The notes under the pieces were generated by a model. That model saw nothing but the letters and a program-made list of their open reading frames with translations. It was not told the DNA's origin and ran no database searches. A stretch of DNA of 64,000 nt, taken from assembly GCA_951406725.2 (NCBI GenBank), contig OX597815.1, forward strand, positions 54,870,001-54,934,000, read 5' to 3'. The DNA is from Octopus vulgaris (lineage: Eukaryota). Made by a program: the position numbers and the translations under genes. Positions 52,467-64,000 of this stretch are shown here, one piece after another. The stretch's first letter is position 1, and each line of letters starts with the position of its first letter.

Positions 52467-52691
52467 TATAAAGTACAAATGTTAAGTTATAATAATAAAT
52501 ATAAATATAAAATAAACAAAATACACACACATTTGAATATATATATATATATACATATAGATATAGTTATACATAACTACTTATAAATACTGAAATATAC
52601 ATACACATCTACATCCATAAGCATATATAATATTCAGATATTACTAATATTATTATTATTAATATTAGATGTATTCTGCTATTCACAATTG

Positions 52692-53858
<1,167 letters not shown>

Positions 53859-53890
<32 letters not shown>

Positions 53891-56800
53891 CCAGTTCCAG
53901 CCTATGAGCTGTGGCCATGCTGGGGCACCGCCATTTGGTGTTGCTACTTGGTTTTACTTCATGGAGGCTTTCTAGCAACTGCTATTTGGTGCATGAGAGA
54001 GTTCGATGCAGCTGCCCTCATCTGCCCCTCCTGCCGTGAAGTTGGTTCATCTGGGACACCTGACAGGAAGAGATCCAGCTCCATTTTAAAGACATCTGTA
54101 TCCACCCCATGCAGGTCTCTCAGGTTCTTCGGGAGGATATTGAAGAGCTGTGGGCCTCGGAAGCCCAGGCTATCACAGAATCTTGTCCTACATCTTGATG
54201 GCAGGTTTGGAGTCCTAGGCACCACGCAGTGGCGCCCAGTTCTGGCATTTGTGTAACTCTCGATGCCAAAGTTCAGGACACTTCCCTCCAGGATCTTCCA
54301 GATGTATATTATGGCATATCTTTCCCGCCTACGCTCCAGGGAGTATAATTTTAATCTCTTGAGTCTTTCCCAGTAGCTTACATTCTGCATAGAGGCTATC
54401 TTCTTTGTGTAGCTTCGTTGGATCGCCTCAAGTTCTGTGATCAACTTGACACTGGATGGTGACCATAGCTGAGAGCAATAGTCAAAGTGGCTTAGGACAA
54501 GTGTCTTCCAGAGGACCATCATGGTTTCTTGTTCTCTTGTTCTAAAGGTTCTAAGAATCCAGCCAGCCAGCCGTCTACATTTCACTGTCAGTTTAGCAAC
54601 ATGTACATGAAAGGTCGCGTCATCACTCATGTAAATACCCAGGTCACGCACTGATTGTGCCTCTGGGATTGCAATCCCTCCGGGTCCAGTGTATTCATTG
54701 GGTATTGCATTCAGTTTTGCATGCTGATAGTATAAAGCTTGAAACTTTCCAGCATTGAACTGCATGCTATTCTTTTCAGCCCACTTGTATATTTCGTCCA
54801 GCTCACATTGCAGGTTTTTAGTGTCCTCAGGGTTCTGTATTGCCTGTGAAACTTTTGTATCATCTGCATAACTTGTGATCGTTGATCTCTGCGTGGCTGA
54901 GGGCATGTCTGAGAGGGCCATTATGAACAGTAGTGGTCCCAAAACAGTGCCCTGTGGAACACCACTCATTATTTGCGTGTTAATGGAAGTGGCCCCATTG
55001 GCTACTACCACCTGACTTCTATTCTTCAGAAAGTCGTGAAGCCATTCTCCTAGTTTTCCAACTATGCCAAGATCACGCAGCCTGTGACATATCATTCCGT
55101 GATCGACTTTATCGAAGGCCTTTGCGAAGTCAAGATATATGACTTCCACATTTGAGTGGTTGAGCAGTTGTTTCAGCACCCAGTCATAGTGCTGCAGGAG
55201 CTGAGTTAAGCAGCTTCTTCCTGGTCGGAAACCATGTTGGGTGTCAGGCAGCAAGTCATTTTCTTCAAGGAAGGTGATTAGTTTCCTTCTGACTATTCGT
55301 TCCATGACCTTGCTGATGTGTGAGGTCAGAGAGATAGGTCTGTAGTTCTTTGCCTCCGCTCTGCTACCTCCTTTATGAATAGGGCATATTTTACCTTCCT
55401 TCAGTCCCCTTGGAAGTTTGCCAGCTGCAAGGAAGCTCTGAAAGAGGGACTGCAGTGGTCTTGCTAAGACTCTCTTACATACTTTTAGGAGGATTGCCGG
55501 GAATCCATCGGGGCCAGTAGCTGAGTCTATTTTCATTTCATCTATAGCCTTTATTACATCGTCTTCCTTTATCTCGATGTAACTTATCGTCGCCGCCTCT
55601 GATTCTATATCTGCAGTGGTAAAGAAGTCAGTTGGATTGCTGATTTGGAAATGCCCAAGGGGTGGAGTGAAAACACTCTTGAATTGTTCATTCAGTATTT
55701 CACTTACCCTCATTGGTTTTCCTGTGAGTGTGCCATCCTTTTCAAGGAGTGGCCCTATCCTACAGTGCACTGTAGCCGTTTCTTTGGCATACCTGTAGAA
55801 AGCTCTGGGGTTAGTTTTTATGTTGTCTATAGCCCAGGCTTCTTTGTCTGCTCTTTCCTTCTCATGGGAAAGTTGCAGACAATTTTCAATTTCCAACAGT
55901 TTTATTTTCAGGCGGGACTTTTCACTACTTTCAATTTGTTTGTTTAGGCGATTTGAAATTTTTGTACGCCGTCTCATTAAAATTTTCCTCTCTCTGGGGA
56001 TTTTGTTCTTGTGTACAGTGGCCTTTCTCTCTGGGACACATTTGTAGCATATGGCTTGCATTACAGACATGAATTGTTGAAGTATCATGTCGATGTCCGG
56101 CGAGGAGAGACATTCAGGCCAGTTTTGTTTGAGGATCTCTTTCTCAATTTGTTTCCAGTTTGCCTTATTGAAGTTCAAGCTGGAAAGATTCTGAGGGTTT
56201 CTTGTAGGCTGCATGTCCGTGCTCTCTTTTGGCCCGTACATGGTCAGCTCTACCATGTTGTGATCCGAGAGTAGTGTCGGTGTCACTTTCACATTATGGA
56301 TGAGATCCATATTATTTGTGAAGCAGAGATCCAGTGTGTTACCTGCTCTGGTTGGTTGCAGTATTACTTGCTCCATGTACAGGGTGTTGGTGAGGTTCAG
56401 GAGGGACCTCGCCTGTCCACGTTCACATCTTGTCATTCCTGGGAGAGAAAGGCCCTCGGGCCATCTGACATTTGGTAGATTGAAGTCTCCCATGAGAAGT
56501 ACACTTATGTGTTGTTCTAATGTGGTTAGAACTTCTTCTATTTTTAAAAGGCAGTCCTCGAACTTGCCCATATGACTTGGGGCATCTGGAGGGCGATATG
56601 TAGCACACACAACTACATCAAGTTGCCTTATGTGTACAATTAGTGTGTCACACACCGAGTTTGAGTATGACAAAAGTACCTGGGGTGTGAGGTCCCCACG
56701 GATGTACATAGCAACTCCTCCATGACTCCTTTCTTTCCTGTCGGTCCGTAGTACAACATACTGTGGTATGTGTAATTCCGCATCTGCTATGTCCGGTTTC

Positions 56801-57584
56801 AGATGCGTTTCTGTGAGTGCTATGCATAAGGCTTGATTGCATGCGACAAAGTCTCTCAGGAACGGGACTTTTGTCCTGTTACTGTGTGTTAGTAAACCTC
56901 TGATGTTCAGTAGGAGCATCGAGGTGAGGTGTATGCTGTTGCCGGCGTTGTCCACCCTGGGTCCATCTGCTGTGGCGGTCTTGTGAACTGTGGGCAGTTC
57001 CATCTGCGAGCCTGAGCCTGATGGAGCCAGGTTAGCTGCTGTACAATCTTTTGTGCCATGCACAAAAAGATTCCTGCTCAGCAGCTGCCCTTTCAACAAC
57101 ACGTTGGTGGTTTGTGGTACGCACCACATCTGCGTACCTCCGTTTTGGGGCAGGTGATGCCTGGTCCATCCCATTTCCTTTCGGTGGTTGGTTTCTGTGG
57201 CAGGGTCCCGGATGTGCAAAGCGGCAGCCTGCACCTTCCTCTCCATGCCGGCAGGCACCTTTCAGGTAGAACCTACATACCCGTGTGCGCTGCTTGTTTC
57301 CATCCTTTTTGGCATATGGACCGTTAGGTTTGCCTCTGTCCCTGGCTGCCTTGTCCCTTGGCTTTGTCTGAGTTTTAGCTTCAGTTTTTCCTCTTTTTTT
57401 GGCCTCTTCATCTCCATGTCCACGGCTTTTGGAGCCGGTAGGAGCATCCGTACCTGGGTTCACCTCCCGGGCAGGCCTATCGTTGGAGTTTTCTTCCTGG
57501 GCGTCCACCAGGTGGGGGTGACCCTCCTCATCTGCGCCCACGTCTCCATCCTTGCCATCTTTACTTTGTTCGCGTTTTTCGCTG

Positions 57585-57585
<1 letters not shown>
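53859..57585 (-). mobile_element. CR1-like LINE copy 1 (intact ORF2, 5'-truncated ORF1, (AATC)n tail) inserted in (TA)n
   Basis: (GATT)n at 53859-53890. The ORF1 remnant has a CCCH finger and a 1-nt frameshift relative to copy 3. (TA)n flanks both sides. Confidence 0.93.
53959..56919 (-). CDS. LINE ORF2: APE endonuclease plus reverse transcriptase (~986 aa from MLLLNIRGL)
   Basis: [61 protein letters not shown] and YSLERRRER in one uninterrupted frame (frame open from 57258). Confidence 0.93.
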   Translation of the reverse strand: MLLLNIRGLLTHSNRTKVPFLRDFVACNQALCIALTETHLKPDIADAELHIPQYVVLRTDRKERSHGGVAMYIRGDLTPQVLLSYSNSVCDTLIVHIRQLDVVVCATYRPPDAPSHMGKFEDCLLKIEEVLTTLEQHISVLLMGDFNLPNVRWPEGLSLPGMTRCERGQARSLLNLTNTLYMEQVILQPTRAGNTLDLCFTNNMDLIHNVKVTPTLLSDHNMVELTMYGPKESTDMQPTRNPQNLSSLNFNKANWKQIEKEILKQNWPECLSSPDIDMILQQFMSVMQAICYKCVPERKATVHKNKIPRERKILMRRRTKISNRLNKQIESSEKSRLKIKLLEIENCLQLSHEKERADKEAWAIDNIKTNPRAFYRYAKETATVHCRIGPLLEKDGTLTGKPMRVSEILNEQFKSVFTPPLGHFQISNPTDFFTTADIESEAATISYIEIKEDDVIKAIDEMKIDSATGPDGFPAILLKVCKRVLARPLQSLFQSFLAAGKLPRGLKEGKICPIHKGGSRAEAKNYRPISLTSHISKVMERIVRRKLITFLEENDLLPDTQHGFRPGRSCLTQLLQHYDWVLKQLLNHSNVEVIYLDFAKAFDKVDHGMICHRLRDLGIVGKLGEWLHDFLKNRSQVVVANGATSINTQIMSGVPQGTVLGPLLFIMALSDMPSATQRSTITSYADDTKVSQAIQNPEDTKNLQCELDEIYKWAEKNSMQFNAGKFQALYYQHAKLNAIPNEYTGPGGIAIPEAQSVRDLGIYMSDDATFHVHVAKLTVKCRRLAGWILRTFRTREQETMMVLWKTLVLSHFDYCSQLWSPSSVKLITELEAIQRSYTKKIASMQNVSYWERLKRLKLYSLERRRERYAIIYIWKILEGSVLNFGIESYTNARTGRHCVVPRTPNLPSRCRTRFCDSLGFRGPQLFNILPKNLRDLHGVDTDVFKMELDLFLSGVPDEPTSRQEGQMRAAASNSLMHQIAVARKPP

Positions 57586-57617
<32 letters not shown>

Positions 57618-57840
57618 GTATATATATATATGTATATATATATATGTATATATATATATGTATGTATATATATATGTATGTATATATATATATGTATGTA
57701 TATATATATGTATATATATATATGTATATATATATATGTATGTATATATATATATGTATGTATATATATATATGTATGTATATATATATATGTATGTATA
57801 TATATATATGTATATATATATGTATATATATATGTATATA

Positions 57841-57883
<43 letters not shown>

Positions 57884-57909
57884 GTATATATATATATGTA
57901 TATGTATAT

Positions 57910-58083
<174 letters not shown>

Positions 58084-58534
58084 GATTGATTGATTGATTC
58101 TAGTTTCAGCTTATGAGCTGTGGCCATGCTGGGGCACCGCCATTTGGTGTTGCTACTTGGTTTCACTTCATGGAGGCTTTCTAGCAACTGCTATTTGGTG
58201 CATGAGAGAGTTCGATGCAGCTGCCCTCATCTGCCCCTCCTGCCGTGAAGTTGGTTCATCTGGGACACCTGACAGGAAGAGATCCAGCTTCATTTTAAAG
58301 ACATCTGTATCCGCCCCATGCAGGTCTCTCAGGTTCTTCGGGAGGATATTGAAGAGCTGTGGGCCTCGGAAGCCCAGGCTATCACAGAATCTTGTCCTAC
58401 ATCTTGATGGCAGGTTTGGAGTCCTAGGCACCACGCAGTGGCGCCCAGTTCTGGCATTTGCATAACTCTCGATGCCAAAGTTCAGGACACTTCCCTCCAG
58501 GATCTTCCAGATGTATATTATGGCATATCTTTCC
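58084..58534 (-). mobile_element. CR1-like LINE copy 2 (3'-terminal 450 bp) inserted in (TA)n
   Basis: Nearly identical to the 3' end of copy 1, including the (AATC)n tail. Confidence 0.93.
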
Positions 58535-58541
58535 ATATATG

Positions 58542-58574
<33 letters not shown>

Positions 58575-58603
58575 GTATATATATATATGTATATATATAT
58601 ATG

Positions 58604-58648
<45 letters not shown>

Positions 58649-58649
58649 G

Positions 58650-58708
<59 letters not shown>

Positions 58709-58937
58709 GTATATGTATATATATATATGTATATATATCAGTAATAATAAAGGGTGAAATTAATTAATTTGGAATAATTATCAATTACACCAAGTAGATT
58801 TCGGCATGTAAAAGCCCCATTCGAGGAAAATTTAAGTAATACTAAGTAATTAAGGGTTTAGCAACGAATTGCCTCACCAACACACCGAATTTAGAAATAG
58901 CAGTCAAAGAGATATAGCTATTCCTTCTACTAAAAAG

Positions 58938-59118
58938 GGGGATCTCAGTAAAAACACAGCACTTGAAAGGCAAACACAGACAGGTAAGAAAGAAAGAATG
59001 AAATAACGGCAATCTATCATACAATTTTAAGTTGTATGATAGATTGCCGTTATTTCATTCTTTCTTTCTTACCTGTCTGTGTTTGCCTTTCAAGTGCTGT
59101 GTTTTTACTGAGATCCCC
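58938..59118. repeat. Near-perfect palindrome (87-bp arms, 7-nt spacer) abutting the gap
   Basis: 58938-59024 is the reverse complement of 59032-59118. Confidence 0.92.
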
Positions 59119-59119
59119 T

Positions 59120-59219
59120 NNNNNNNNNNNNNNNNNNNNNNNNNNNNNNNNNNNNNNNNNNNNNNNNNNNNNNNNNNNNNNNNNNNNNNNNNNNNNNNNN
59201 NNNNNNNNNNNNNNNNNNN
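59120..59219. other. Assembly gap (100 N)
   Basis: Run of exactly 100 N. Confidence 0.99.
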
Positions 59220-62200
59220 GTGGTTGAGCAGTCATTTCAGCACCCAGTCATTGTGTTGTAGGAGCTGAGTTAAGCAGCTTCTTCCTGGTCGGAAACCATG
59301 TTGGGTGTCAGGCAGCAAGTCATTTTCTTCAAGGAAGGTGATTAGTTTCCTTCTGACTATTCGTTCCATGACCTTGCTGATGTGTGAGGTCAGAGAGATA
59401 GGTCTGTAGTTCTTGGCCTCCGCTCTGCTACCTCCTTTATGAATAGGGCATATTTTACCTTCCTTCAGTTTTCTTGGAAGTTTGCCAGTTGCAAGGAAGC
59501 TCTGAAAGAGAAACTGCAGTGGTCTTGCTAGTACTCTCTTACATACTTTTAGAAGGATTGCCGGGAATCCATCGGGGCCAGTAGCTGAGTTTGTTTTCAT
59601 CTCATCTATAGCCTTTATTACATCGTCTTCCTTTATATTGATGTAATCAATCATCGCCGTCTCTGACCCCATATCTGCAGTGGTGAAGACGTCAGTTGGA
59701 TTGCTGATTTGGAAATGCCCAAGGGGTGGGGTGAAAACACTCTTGAACTGCTCATTTAGTATTTCACTTACCCTCATTGGATTTCCTGTGAGTGTGCCAT
59801 CCCTTTCAAGGAGTGGACCTATCCTACAGTGCACCATAGCTGTTTCTTTGGCATACCTGTAGAAAGCTCTGGGGTTAGATTTTATGTTGTCTATAGCCCA
59901 GGCTTCTTTATCTGCTCTTTCCTTTTCATGGGAGAGTTGCAGACATTTTTCAATTTCCAACAGTTTTATTTTCAGGTGGGACTTTTCACTGTTTTCAATT
60001 TGTTTGTTTAGGCGATTTGAAATTTTTGTACGCCGTCTCATTAAAATTTTCCTCTCTCTGGGGATTTTGTTCTTGTGTACAGTGGCCTTTCTCTCTGGGA
60101 CACATTTGTAGCATATGGCTTGCATTACAGACATGAATTGTTGAAGTTTCATGTCGATGTCTGGCGAGGAGAGACATTCAGGCCAGTTTTGTTTGAGGAT
60201 CTCTTTTCAATTTGTTTCCAGTTTGCCTTATTGAAGTTCAAGCTGGAAAGATTCTGAGATTTTCTTGTAGGCTGCATGTCCATGCTTTCCTTTGGCCCGT
60301 ACATGGTCAGCTCTACCATGTTGTGATCCGAGAGTAGTGTCGGTGTCACTTTCACATTAAGGATGAGATCCATATTATTTGTGAAGCAGAGATCCAGTGT
60401 GTTACCTGCCCTGGTTGGTTGGAGTATTACTTGCTCCATGTACAGGGTGTTGATGAGGTTCAGGAGGGACCTCGCTTGTCCCCGTTCACATCGTGTCATT
60501 CCTGGGAGAGAAAGGCCCTCGGGCCATCTGACATTGGGTAGGTTGAAGTCTCCCATGAGAAGTACACTTATGTGCTGTTCTAGTGTGACTAGAACTTTTT
60601 CTATTTTTATAAGGCAGTCTTCAAACTTGCCCATATGGCTTGGGGCATCTGGAGGGCGATATGTAGCACACACAACTACACCAAGTTGCCTTACATGTAC
60701 AATTAGTGTGTCACACACCGAGTTTGAGTATGACAAAAGGACCTGGGGTGTGAGGTCCTCACGGATGTACATAGCAACTCCTCCATGACTCCTTTCCTTT
60801 CTGTCGGTCCGTAGTACAACATACTGTGGTATGTGTAATTCCGCATCCGCTATGTCCGGTTTCAGGTGTGTTTCCGTAAGTGCTATGCATAAGGCTTGAT
60901 TGCATGCAACAAAGTCTCTCAAGAACGAGACTTTTGTCCTGTTATTGTGTGTTAGTAGTCCTCTGATGTTCAGTAGGAGCATTGAGGTGAGGTGTATGCT
61001 GTTGCCGGTGGTGTCCACCTTGGGTCTATTTGCTGTGGTGGTCTTGTGAACTGTGGGTAGTCCCATCTGCGAGCTTGAGTTTGATGGAGCCAGGTTAGCT
61101 GCTGTACAATCTTTTGTGCCATGCACAAAAAAGATTCTTGTTCAGCAGCTGCCCTTTCAACAACACGTTGGCGGTTTGTGGCACGCACCACATCTGCGTA
61201 CCTCCGTTTTGGGGCAGGTGGTGCATGGTCCATCCCTTTTCCTTTCGGTGGTTGGTTTCTGCGGCAGGGTCCCAAATGTGCAAAACGGCTGCCTGCACCT
61301 TCCTCTCCATGCCGGCAGGCACCTCTCAGGTAGAACCTACATACCCGTGTGCGCTGCTTGTTTCCATCCTTTTTGGCATATGGATAGTTAGGTTTGCTTC
61401 TATCCTTGGCTGTTTCGTTTTTTGGTTTTGCCTGATTTTTAGTTTTAGTTTTTCCTCCTTTTTGGGTTCTTTCATCTCCATGTCCATGGCTTTTGGTGCC
61501 GGTAGGAGCACCCGCAGTTGGGTTTACCTCCCAGGCAGGTTTCTCACTGGAGTTTTCTTCCTGGGCGTCTACCAGGTGGGGGTGACCTTTTTCATCAGCG
61601 CCCGCGTCTCCATCCTTGCCATCTTTACTTTGTTCGCGTTTTTCGCTGTCAAAGATGGCATCCAGCGTGTTAATGTGCAATCTGACAAGTGCGTAGGAGT
61701 GTATAAATTCTTGCTTCTTCTGCTCTATTTGGGCTGACGTCCTTTTGTATCCGCTGCTCTTCAGCGCAGCCGTGATTATGTTATTTGGATTTTCTCCGTC
61801 AGCGCATCGCAATCCTCTCAGGAACAACGCCAGTTCGTCACTTTTCCAGGTTCTGGACATTCTTGATATTTTATCTATCTATCTATCTATCTGATTATAT
61901 TAATTTATATTAATCTAATAGTGCAATAGGGGGTAGGGAAGAAATAGAGAAAGAGAGCGTCTATGTACTTAAGGAGAGATTGGGAGCCGAAAGAAGAGAG
62001 TAAGAGAGAAGAGGAAGTGGAGAGACTGCGAGCTGAAGAAATAGAGCGTCTATGTACTTAAGGAGAGATTGGGAGCCGAAAGAAGAGAGTAAGAGAGAAG
62101 AGGAAGAGGAGAGACTGAGAGCTGAAGGAAGAGAGAGAAAGCGTCTATGTACTTAGAGATTGAGAGCTGAAAGGGGAGAGTAAGAAAATAGAGAGTAATG

Positions 62201-62580
62201 AAGAGACAAGGAGAAGCGTGAGGGAGAGAACTGAAGAGACAGAGAGAGAAGGAAGAAATAGAGAGAGAATATATATATCTGTCCGCAGAAGATTTCTATA
62301 CAAAACTAATTGCACACACACAAACAGCAAAATAAGACACACATATACATATGTATACATACACACATATATACACACGTCTGCACATACACATATATAT
62401 GTGTATGGGGGAAGAGAGAGAAAGCGTCTATGTACTTAGAGAGAGATTAAGAGCTGAAAGAGGAGAGTAAGAAAAGAAGAGAGTAATGAAGAGACAAGGA
62501 GAAGCGTGAGGGAGAGAACTGAAGAGACAGAGAGAGAAGGAAGAAATAGAGAAAGAATATATATATCTGTCCGCAGAAGA
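59220..62580 (-). mobile_element. CR1-like LINE copy 3 (5' region, ORF1, frameshifted ORF2), cut by the gap
   Basis: ORF2 pieces 60149..61126 and 59232..60152 match copy 1, with a 2-nt deletion near 60205. CT-rich repeated monomers lie upstream of ORF1. Confidence 0.9.
60970..61860 (-). CDS. LINE ORF1 (296 aa): Myb/SANT-like N-terminus, charged linker, degenerate CCCH zinc finger
   Basis: MSRTWKSDELALFL...ITAALKSSGYKRTSAQIEQK; [22 protein letters not shown] (third Cys intact in copy 1). The stop overlaps the ORF2 start by 13 nt. Confidence 0.8.
   Translation of the reverse strand: MSRTWKSDELALFLRGLRCADGENPNNIITAALKSSGYKRTSAQIEQKKQEFIHSYALVRLHINTLDAIFDSEKREQSKDGKDGDAGADEKGHPHLVDAQEENSSEKPAWEVNPTAGAPTGTKSHGHGDERTQKGGKTKTKNQAKPKNETAKDRSKPNYPYAKKDGNKQRTRVCRFYLRGACRHGEEGAGSRFAHLGPCRRNQPPKGKGMDHAPPAPKRRYADVVRATNRQRVVERAAAEQESFLCMAQKIVQQLTWLHQTQARRWDYPQFTRPPQQIDPRWTPPATAYTSPQCSY

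Positions 62581-64000
<1,420 letters not shown>

Noticed and set aside
56920-57258. N-terminal 113 aa of the 1099-aa ORF as part of ORF2
   Set aside because: It overlaps ORF1, and its length depends on a 1-nt indel relative to copy 3; the APE domain begins at MLLLNIRG.

Overview
AT-rich, microsatellite-dense animal genomic DNA, most likely an octopus (inferred from the SINE/RTE families and the very long (TA)n arrays). The one confidently identified host gene is mitochondrial Lon protease (LONP1) on the + strand. Six phase-compatible GT-AG coding exons lie between 10068 and 39761 and encode the presequence plus the LON N domain; the AAA+ and protease exons are not in the window. The rest is transposon-derived: R4-clade, RTE, CR1-like and Penelope retroelements, tRNA-derived SINEs, and hAT, Helitron and LTR-like relics. 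There is a 100-N gap at 59120-59219. Most notable observations: (i) five Penelope-type minimal hammerhead ribozyme motifs, three in the sense orientation of the LONP1 pre-mRNA; (ii) a 1.87-kb tandem duplication whose junction creates a possible in-frame copy of the 3' end of exon 1; (iii) many local inverted duplications in the LONP1 introns, one bracketing exon 2 with a 17-bp target duplication; (iv) LINEs with unusual accessory domains (1-3 C2H2 fingers, a PHD-like finger inside the RT, a Myb/SANT-like plus CCCH ORF1); (v) an unassigned exon-like ORF on the minus strand. All calls were made by eye without database searches, and repeat boundaries are approximate.
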